In this document: positions 56,990-64,000 of the stretch, in pieces
Numbering within the stretch: position 1 is the first letter of the stretch
Layout: each line of letters starts with the position of its first letter
Assembly (NCBI GenBank): GCA_046757165.1
Contig: JBHHXT010000003.1
Location: forward strand, 1 to 64,000
Source of the DNA: a bacterium
GTDB taxonomy: Bacteria > Zhuqueibacterota > Zhuqueibacteria > Oceanimicrobiales > Oceanimicrobiaceae
Reading direction: 5' to 3'
Length of the DNA stretch: 64,000 bases
Program-made: the position numbers and the translations under genes
Notes under the pieces: generated by a model
Seen by the model: the letters and a program-made list of their open reading frames with translations, nothing else
The model's database searches: none
What the model was told of the DNA's origin: nothing

Positions 56990-58141
56990 ATGGCAGAGAC
57001 ACACAAGCATATCTTGATCGTCGATGATGAGGAAGTCATTCGAGACATCTGCGCGCGCAGCCTGGAATCCCGCGGCTACCAGGTGGAGCTGGCCGAAAAC
57101 GGTCTGAAGGCGCAGGAGCGGTTGCGAGAAAAGGCGATCGACGTCGTGTTCACAGATTTCAGGATGCCGTTGATGGATGGTATCGAGTTGCTGGGGGCCA
57201 TTAAGCGGGATTATCCGCATGTGGAGGTGGTGATCATGACGGCGTTTGCCACCATCGAAAGTGCGATTTATGCCATGAAAAATGGCGCTTATGATTTCAT
57301 CCTCAAGCCGGTCAAACCCGAGCTGATCCGAGTCGTGGCCGAGAAGTGTTTTGAGAGAATCCAGTTGAGCGAAGAGAACAAGGCCCTGCGGCTGGCGAAT
57401 CAAAAGCTGGTCGACCTGCAAAACATGAAGAACAAGTTTATCGCCGTCACCAGCCACGAACTAAGAACGCCGGTCAGTCATCTGAAGGGATTCATCGGCA
57501 TCCTGACCGACGACAGCATTCGCAGTCAGCTTTCGGCACGCGAAGAAGCGCAGTGTAAGCAGGTGATCATGGAAGCCATTTCCGACCTCGAGGAAATGGT
57601 CATGGAAATGCACAATCTCATCGACCTTGAAGATGGCAAGTTGATGTTACGATCCGAGTCCGTCGATATCAACCTGCTGAGCCGGAACTGTGTAAGCGCC
57701 TACAACTTGAGCGCAAAAAAACGGCACCACGTCCTGGACCTGACCGCGTGCGAGCAAGGCCTGATGGTATTTGTTGACCGAAGCCAGATCAAGGGCGTCA
57801 TCAACGAGCTCATTCAAAACGCGATCAAGTTTACTCCAGACCGGGGAAAGATCAACGTTACCACCCGCAAGGAAGGCGACTATGCTGTCATCAGCGTGAA
57901 GGATAACGGCATCGGCATCGAAGAGAGTGAGCAGGGCAAAATATTCGAGAAATTCTATGAGATTCAGGACAGCAACTATCACAGCTCCAGCAAAGAGAAG
58001 TTCCTGGGTGGCGGATTGGGTCTGGGATTGCCGATGGTGCGCGCCATTGTGGAAGCGCATGGCGGCAGCGTAAGAGTCAACAGCAAGAAGGGCAGTGGCA
58101 GTGAGTTTATGGTTTATTTGCCACTAAATGGCAAGCAGTAG
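56990..58141 (+). CDS. REC-HisKA-HATPase hybrid histidine kinase
   Basis: LIVDDE, SHELRTP, NAIKFT, DNGIGI, GLGLGL. Confidence 0.9.
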   Translation: MAETHKHILIVDDEEVIRDICARSLESRGYQVELAENGLKAQERLREKAIDVVFTDFRMPLMDGIELLGAIKRDYPHVEVVIMTAFATIESAIYAMKNGAYDFILKPVKPELIRVVAEKCFERIQLSEENKALRLANQKLVDLQNMKNKFIAVTSHELRTPVSHLKGFIGILTDDSIRSQLSAREEAQCKQVIMEAISDLEEMVMEMHNLIDLEDGKLMLRSESVDINLLSRNCVSAYNLSAKKRHHVLDLTACEQGLMVFVDRSQIKGVINELIQNAIKFTPDRGKINVTTRKEGDYAVISVKDNGIGIEESEQGKIFEKFYEIQDSNYHSSSKEKFLGGGLGLGLPMVRAIVEAHGGSVRVNSKKGSGSEFMVYLPLNGKQ

Positions 58142-58247
58142 CAAGAAGGGGCAGAGTATTCTGATCTGGTATAAAGAATGACAGAGCGGGTAATGATCCG
58201 ACACCGTTTGTAACGGTGTGTCTTTGCAAGTCCAGGTTCTGTCCCCT

Positions 58248-60074
58248 TCAGTTGTAATACCTCCCTCTATAGTCTTTGATGTCCGCTTTGTCCCGAATCT
58301 CGGAGTACCAGCTGCTAAAAATCAGGCTCTCTCTGCGCTGTTTCATTTGCGCGGCCAGTCGGGCTTTTTGGGACGCGAAATCTTGCTCGTCGAATTTGTC
58401 CTTTTCGATCAATTTGAGAACGTAAACCCCTCTCGTTCCTTCTACGGGCGCGGAGATGTCGCCAGTCTCGTCGAGGGCGAAGGCCGCGCCAATAAACTTG
58501 ATGTCTCGTCCGACACCCGGCACTGAGCCCGCGCGGTTGAACGGCGTGGGTTCCTTCACCTGCAGGCTGTCCCGGGCCGCTGCCTCCCGGAATGATATTC
58601 CAGTTTGAATCTCCTGATAGACATGCTGCGCTCGCTCACCCGCCTTTTCCATTCGTCTGTCAGAAAGCAGTTTGTTTTTGATGACGGTTTTCACCTCTTC
58701 TAAAGGTTTGATGTTTTCCGGTTTCATCTCAGAAATACGATAGACCAGGTACCCTTTATCGATCTCGACGACGGGGCTGACGTCGCCGACCTCGTTGGCG
58801 AAGGTGAAATTCGCTACCTTTTGATTACGGCCAATTCCTGGAACGAAAAGACCTTTGACGAAGAGTCCTGTGGTGAGTACGGTATCGGCTACCTCATTTG
58901 CCAGGTCGGCGAAGGGCGTGGTTTGGGCTTCGGCCGCCAGATACTGCGCGTCATCCCGGGCCTTGTTGACCGTTTTCCTGGAAGGCTCGAATTTGAACAG
59001 GATATGGCTGGCTTTGAGCTCTTCCTTGTCGCCTTTGCGTTTGTCTTCGATCTTGATCAGATGCAAGCCGAGGGCGGATTTGACCGGTCCGACGATGTCG
59101 CCCTGTTCGGCACCAAAGAGGTCGTCCTCGAAGGACTTGAACATCACCAGGTCGCCCCTGGCAAAATAATCTAAGCTGCCACCTTTCTGGTTGGTTGCCG
59201 CGTCGTCCGAGTACATCTCGGCCAGGTCAGCAAAATCATCGCCTGCTCGGGCTTTTTCCAGCACGCGATTGGCGCGCTCGTAGATTTCCACCGTGTCCGC
59301 GGCCGTCGGTGCGGTTGAGAAGATCACGTACTCGATGGCGCGTTGTTCTGGCTGGCGATAATCCTCTTTGTGTTCTTTATAGTAGCGTTCGATCATCTCA
59401 TCGGTGATGTCGATGTTCTCTGCGCTAAAGTCGCGCGGATTGATGAAGATGTACTCGACTTTCACGTTCTGGTTTCGGTTCAAGTATTCACGTCTGACCT
59501 CATCCTCGGTGACTCGAACGCTGGCCCGGAGTCTTTGCTCGAGTTTCTCTCTTGGCAGGAAATCTCGCATATATCTCTCGATCGGCCGCCATTGGTCGGC
59601 GGTGTTGAGGTCATGGATTGCCTGCTTGTATTTTGCTTCATCAAACTGCTGCTGTTCGTTTTGAAACGCAGGTAGGCTTTTCAAAAAATCCGGCGGCGCC
59701 TCGAACAGGCGGTAGAGGATTTCTGCATCGGCTGCGGTGATGTCTTTTTCTTTGAACGTCTGCGCAAGCAACACCTGCTGCACCATGGAATTCCACACTT
59801 GATTTCGAATGAATTCGATCTGGTTGTCCTGTAGCTCCGCGCCGGTCTGGCTGCGGTATTGCTGCATCTGGCTGGTGAAGTTCTCATCAAAATCTTGTAG
59901 CGAGATCTCGACGCCGTTGATGACGCCGATGGCATTGGGATGTTTGCCGGTGATAATATCCATGATATTTGCTCCCCCAACCAACCCACCGACTGTCATG
60001 CTCAGGACAAACAGGACCAGTAATACGAAGAGGATTACGGCTGCCCTGTCCCTCATTTGAGTCATTACTGCCAT
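58248..60074 (-). CDS. ppiD: PpiD/SurA-like peptidyl-prolyl isomerase
   Basis: N-terminal TM, SurA_N-like region, rotamase motifs (F-x-DLA-x-x-YSDD, GGSL, GPVKS-x-x-G-x-H, SHIL). Confidence 0.8.
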   Translation of the reverse strand: MAVMTQMRDRAAVILFVLLVLFVLSMTVGGLVGGANIMDIITGKHPNAIGVINGVEISLQDFDENFTSQMQQYRSQTGAELQDNQIEFIRNQVWNSMVQQVLLAQTFKEKDITAADAEILYRLFEAPPDFLKSLPAFQNEQQQFDEAKYKQAIHDLNTADQWRPIERYMRDFLPREKLEQRLRASVRVTEDEVRREYLNRNQNVKVEYIFINPRDFSAENIDITDEMIERYYKEHKEDYRQPEQRAIEYVIFSTAPTAADTVEIYERANRVLEKARAGDDFADLAEMYSDDAATNQKGGSLDYFARGDLVMFKSFEDDLFGAEQGDIVGPVKSALGLHLIKIEDKRKGDKEELKASHILFKFEPSRKTVNKARDDAQYLAAEAQTTPFADLANEVADTVLTTGLFVKGLFVPGIGRNQKVANFTFANEVGDVSPVVEIDKGYLVYRISEMKPENIKPLEEVKTVIKNKLLSDRRMEKAGERAQHVYQEIQTGISFREAAARDSLQVKEPTPFNRAGSVPGVGRDIKFIGAAFALDETGDISAPVEGTRGVYVLKLIEKDKFDEQDFASQKARLAAQMKQRRESLIFSSWYSEIRDKADIKDYRGRYYN

Positions 60075-60117
60075 ATTAGACCATCTCCTTCAAGTGCATA
60101 ATTTTTGAAACGGAGAG

Positions 60118-60146
60118 AATATAATTCCATTTCGGTTAGGATGCAA
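60118..60146 (-). promoter_or_regulatory. Sigma-70-like promoter for ppiD
   Basis: TTGCAT-17 bp-TATATT on the minus strand. Confidence 0.45.
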
Positions 60147-60166
60147 GGTCTTTTTGGTAATTGACC

Positions 60167-60195
60167 TTGACATTTTGGCATAGCCTGATTATATT
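60167..60195 (+). promoter_or_regulatory. Sigma-70-like promoter for uvrB
   Basis: TTGACA-17 bp-TATATT. Confidence 0.6.
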
Positions 60196-60228
60196 TTCAT
60201 AAAATGTAACAGGATGTGACGTACCAGA

Positions 60229-62238
60229 ATGGCCCAATTTGACTTAGTCTCCGACTTTCAGCCCACGGGCGATCAACCCGACGCCATCGATGAGCTCTGC
60301 CAGCGAATTCTGAAGGGGGATAAATACCAAACTCTTCTCGGCGTTACCGGTAGCGGCAAGACCTTCACCATGGCCAACGTGATCGCCAGAATGGGGAAGC
60401 CAACCCTGGTCATCTCGCACAACAAGACACTGGCCGCGCAGTTGTACGGCGAGTTCAAGAGCTTTTTCCCGAAAAATGCTGTTGAGTACTTCATCAGCTA
60501 CTATGACTATTACCAGCCGGAAGCGTACGTTCCCACCACAGATACTTATATCGAAAAGGACACCTCGATTAACGACGAAATCGACCGGCTGCGTCTAAAG
60601 GCCACGAGCTCGCTCTTGTCCCGGGACGATGTGATAATCATCGCCTCTGTTTCCTGTATCTACGGCCTGGGCGACCCGGAAGATTACCAGCATGAGTTGT
60701 TGATCTTGAGTCGGGGGCAGACTATCGAGCGCAATGAGATTTTAGCCAGGCTGGTCGAAAGCCACTATCTGCGCAATGATTTTGAGTTTGCACGCGGAAC
60801 CTTCCGCGTGCGCGGCGATGTCGTCGAGATTTTCCCTGCTTATGAGCAGGAGGCGCTCCGCATCGAGATGTTTGGGGATGAAATCGAGCGCATCAGTATC
60901 GTCGATACGCTCACCGGCGAGATTCTTTCGGCGCAAGAAACGGCCGCCATCTATCCGGCCAAACATTTTGTCACGCCGCAGCACAAAGTCGAGCGCGCCA
61001 TTTTGACCATCCGCGAGGAGCTGGAGGAGCGTCTCAAATACTTTCGGGACAACGACAAGCTGCTGGAGGCGCAGCGGCTCGAGATGAGAACCAAGTACGA
61101 CCTGGAGATGCTGCAGGAGTTGGGCACCTGCAGCGGCGTGGAGAATTACTCCAGACATTTGTCCGGACGGCAGCCCGGGCAACGACCGTACACATTGCTC
61201 GACTATTTCCCGCAGGGGTTCATGACCATCGTGGATGAATCGCATGCAACCATTCCGCAGATAAACGGCATGTACCACGGGGACCGCTCACGTAAGGAGA
61301 CGCTGGTCGAGCACGGCTTTAGATTGCCGTCGGCGCTGGATAATCGCCCGCTGACCTTTGATGAATTCATGCGCATGATGAACCAGATGGTTTTCGTCTC
61401 TGCCACGCCAGCCGACTTCGAGCTCGAAAAATGCCAGGGCGTGGTCGTCGAGCAGATCATCCGCCCGACGGGTCTGATGGATCCTGAAATCGTCGTCAAA
61501 CCGGTCAAACAGCAGATAGATGATCTGATCGCGGAGATACGGGAGTGCACCGCTCGCCGGGAGCGCGTGCTGGTCACCACCTTGACCAAGAGAATGGCAG
61601 AAGACCTGACGGACTATCTCGCCGGCATGGACATTCGCGTGCGCTATTTGCACTCCGAGATCAACGCGCTCGACCGGGTGGAGATTCTGCGCGACCTGCG
61701 TCTGTCTGAGTTTGATGTTTTGGTCGGCGTGAACTTGCTGCGTGAAGGTCTCGATCTGCCGGAGGTGTCGCTGGTGGCTGTTCTGGATGCCGACAAGGAA
61801 GGCTTCCTGCGCTCGGAGCGCTCTTTGATGCAAATCGCCGGCCGTGCCGCCCGTAACGTGGCCGGAAAGGTGATTTTTTATGCCGACAGAATTACGCAGT
61901 CGATGCAACGCACAATCGATGAAACAAACCGGCGTCGAACCCTGCAGGCCAAATACAATGAGGTGAACACCATCGAACCGAAGTCGATTTACAAGTCTTA
62001 CGAACAAGTGATGAGCTCCACTCGAGTGGCAGACGTTCGAGCGCAGAAGTGGGGCCAGGCCAGGCGTGTCGAAGGTTCACACTGGAAAAAGCTCTCTCCG
62101 CTTGAAAAAGAGGAGCTGCTCGACCGGTTGGAGAAGGAAATGCTCGATGCCGCCCGCAAGCTCGATTTTGAACGCGCTGCTGAGCTGCGCGATGAAATCG
62201 ACCGTCTGACCGGAAAAAAGAAATTTGCCTGGAGCTGA
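60229..62238 (+). CDS. uvrB: Excinuclease ABC subunit B
   Basis: [23 protein letters not shown]-terminal UVR domain FERAAELRD. Confidence 0.97.
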   Translation: MAQFDLVSDFQPTGDQPDAIDELCQRILKGDKYQTLLGVTGSGKTFTMANVIARMGKPTLVISHNKTLAAQLYGEFKSFFPKNAVEYFISYYDYYQPEAYVPTTDTYIEKDTSINDEIDRLRLKATSSLLSRDDVIIIASVSCIYGLGDPEDYQHELLILSRGQTIERNEILARLVESHYLRNDFEFARGTFRVRGDVVEIFPAYEQEALRIEMFGDEIERISIVDTLTGEILSAQETAAIYPAKHFVTPQHKVERAILTIREELEERLKYFRDNDKLLEAQRLEMRTKYDLEMLQELGTCSGVENYSRHLSGRQPGQRPYTLLDYFPQGFMTIVDESHATIPQINGMYHGDRSRKETLVEHGFRLPSALDNRPLTFDEFMRMMNQMVFVSATPADFELEKCQGVVVEQIIRPTGLMDPEIVVKPVKQQIDDLIAEIRECTARRERVLVTTLTKRMAEDLTDYLAGMDIRVRYLHSEINALDRVEILRDLRLSEFDVLVGVNLLREGLDLPEVSLVAVLDADKEGFLRSERSLMQIAGRAARNVAGKVIFYADRITQSMQRTIDETNRRRTLQAKYNEVNTIEPKSIYKSYEQVMSSTRVADVRAQKWGQARRVEGSHWKKLSPLEKEELLDRLEKEMLDAARKLDFERAAELRDEIDRLTGKKKFAWS

Positions 62239-62912
62239 TGACAGATAGACCCCCAAAGTATGTGGCGATCATCGGCGACCTGGTCGGCTCGCGCGCGATG
62301 GCGCCGGACGAGCGCAACCAGGTTCAGAAGAGATTCCAGGTGGCGCTCGACCGGGTCAATGTGGCGTTCAAAGACGAGCTTGCCGCGCTTTTTCTGATCA
62401 CGGCCGGCGATGAAACACAGGGCATTTTGCACCGGCCGGACTGCTCCTACGAGATTTTGCGCCAAATTCAGTTTGAGCTCTGGCCGGCCCGCATCGTCTT
62501 TGGTGTCGGGTATGGTCCGATGACGACGCCACTGAAAGAATATGCCGTCGGCGCCGATGGTCCGGCCTTCTATCGGGCACGCCAGGCGCTGGAACAAGCC
62601 AGGGCAGAACGCAAGGCGTATGGAAAGTCCATCCGCCGCGAGGTCCTGTTCGATTCGGACGAGTCTTTCAAAGATGAGGTGGTCAACGCGCTTTTCCTGG
62701 CCATATCCGTCTTGCGCGGTCAGTGGACGCAAAAGCAGTGGCAGATTTTGCGATTGGTGCAGCAAGGCGCCACCCCATCCGATATTTCGACCTCCCTGGC
62801 TGTTCCGAGGTCCAACATCAGTCGCACGCTGCACGCCAGCTATTATCGCGAATTTGAGCGCATCGTCGCAGCGTTGCAAAGTTATCTCAAGCACGGAATT
62901 GAGGAAAGATGA
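62238..62912 (+). CDS. satD: SatD-family protein
   Basis: IIGDLVGSR, TAGDETQG, DGPAFYRAR, C-terminal HTH-like segment. Confidence 0.8.
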   Translation: MTDRPPKYVAIIGDLVGSRAMAPDERNQVQKRFQVALDRVNVAFKDELAALFLITAGDETQGILHRPDCSYEILRQIQFELWPARIVFGVGYGPMTTPLKEYAVGADGPAFYRARQALEQARAERKAYGKSIRREVLFDSDESFKDEVVNALFLAISVLRGQWTQKQWQILRLVQQGATPSDISTSLAVPRSNISRTLHASYYREFERIVAALQSYLKHGIEER

Positions 62913-62999
62913 TTAAGTCACTCAGTTATCAATGAGATGATAATTTTATATGAGTTATCAAAAAAGTGGTAATTTCAGTCGAACCTGTGCGCTTGTGAC

Positions 63000-63386
63000 A
63001 TGACGTTCCAGATGACCCTGCCAGCCATTCCGGCACATGTACTGGTGAAATTCGGAGTTTACCTGGCGGTGGTATTGGTGGCGCACTGGCCGAGCAACTG
63101 GCTCATTCGGAAGATCATCAAGCGCTGGAAGCCGGATGAGGAGGACCTGCAGGACAACATGGGGGCATTTATCGGAACTCTGGAAAGAGTCTTGACGATC
63201 TTGCTGGTTGGATTGGGGGCGCTGACCGCCGTCGGTCTGGTGGTCACCATGAAATCGATTGCACGCTACGACAAGTTGCGAACAGAAAAACCATTCGCAG
63301 AATATTTTCTCGCCGGCACCATGTTGAGCATGCTGCTGGGCCTCATTCTGGGACTCATTGCCCAGAGGTCGGTTGGAGCGATTTAG
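63000..63386 (+). CDS. DUF3307-like membrane protein
   Basis: G-x-x-IG-x-LER, KSIARY, EYFLAGTMLS. Confidence 0.75.
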   Translation: MTFQMTLPAIPAHVLVKFGVYLAVVLVAHWPSNWLIRKIIKRWKPDEEDLQDNMGAFIGTLERVLTILLVGLGALTAVGLVVTMKSIARYDKLRTEKPFAEYFLAGTMLSMLLGLILGLIAQRSVGAI

Positions 63387-63654
63387 GGGCATGTGCAAGA
63401 ATAACTTGGTAAATTGCTGTGGCCGGATTTCTATAAACCTGTTACCCTTAACGGGGTTGACGTTCAGTGTGTCACGCGATGCGACCATCAGTCAGGACAG
63501 CCAATAGAGGCAACAACCGCGGAGCGGTGACATGTTTGTAGTGTGTCCGGTTGAACTAACTATCAAACCCTGATAGGGATGACATGTCAAGGGCATTTAC
63601 TGAAGATTACCAACTTGTTTCTACGCAAGCTCTAAAGAGAGAATGAAAGAGGTT

Positions 63655-64000
63655 ATGGCCAGACTGAACATTCTCGTGATCGGAGGAGGAGGCCGGGAAC
63701 ATGCGCTGGTGTGGAAGATCAACCAGAGTCCGCTGGTAGAAAAAATCTTCTGTGCGCCAGGAAATCCTGGCATTGGTGAGATAGCAGAGTGTGTGGAGCT
63801 CTCTGCAAGTGATTTGAGTGGTCTGCTCAACTTCGTGCACAAACATGAAATCGACCTGACGGTAGTCGGGCCGGAAGCGCCCCTGGTTGAGGGTATCGTG
63901 GATAGCTTTACGGCCCGGGGTCTCAATATCTTCGGTCCATCGAAACGGGCGGCCGAAATCGAGGGCAGCAAAGTGTTTGCGAAGTCCCTGTTGAACGACT
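63655..64000 (+). CDS. purD: Phosphoribosylamine-glycine ligase, 5' part (runs off window)
   Basis: ILVIGGGGREHAL, APGNPG, VGPEAPL, EGSK; not in the ORF track because it is truncated. Confidence 0.95.
   Translation, partial: MARLNILVIGGGGREHALVWKINQSPLVEKIFCAPGNPGIGEIAECVELSASDLSGLLNFVHKHEIDLTVVGPEAPLVEGIVDSFTARGLNIFGPSKRAAEIEGSKVFAKSLLND

Noticed and set aside
63390..63650. Possible purine or ZTP riboswitch upstream of purD
   Set aside because: Could not find the conserved elements (e.g. the ZTP GCCTGGGC segment) by eye; needs an Rfam scan.

Overview
Bacterial window, mostly GC-rich with a few AT-rich patches; gene content suggests an FCB-group-like diderm (inference only). The left ~48 kb is almost entirely on the minus strand. 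A sigma-54-type promoter (~48210-48225) precedes a ~31 kb gene run in which an atypical type IV filament cluster (pilins without recognisable prepilin leaders, PilC, PilB, PilT, a PilM/PilN/SPOR fusion, PilO/P-like protein, short secretin) sits between two paralogous signalling cassettes. Each cassette encodes a membrane Ser/Thr kinase with PEGA repeats, a tandem-FHA/FG-GAP beta-propeller membrane protein, a TM-TPR protein and a TPR/dead-cyclase/pseudokinase; only the first has a PP2C phosphatase. A Wzx/Wzy-type exopolysaccharide locus follows, interrupted at ~8.86-9.96 kb by stacked small elements (REP-like palindrome, two MITE-like elements, an attC-like site and a GxxExxY gene with 9-bp repeat arms). 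The left end holds a truncated PIN gene and a decayed IS21. The right part, mainly plus strand, has RsbU/W/V-type partner-switching genes coupled to mlaEFD-pqiC-like genes, an NtrC-family activator, a lytic transglycosylase, two-component genes, ppiD (minus), uvrB, satD + DUF3307-like and the start of purD. The best candidate for an undescribed system is the kinase/FHA/pseudokinase-flanked non-canonical type IV filament operon. All calls come from reading motifs by eye; no searches were run.
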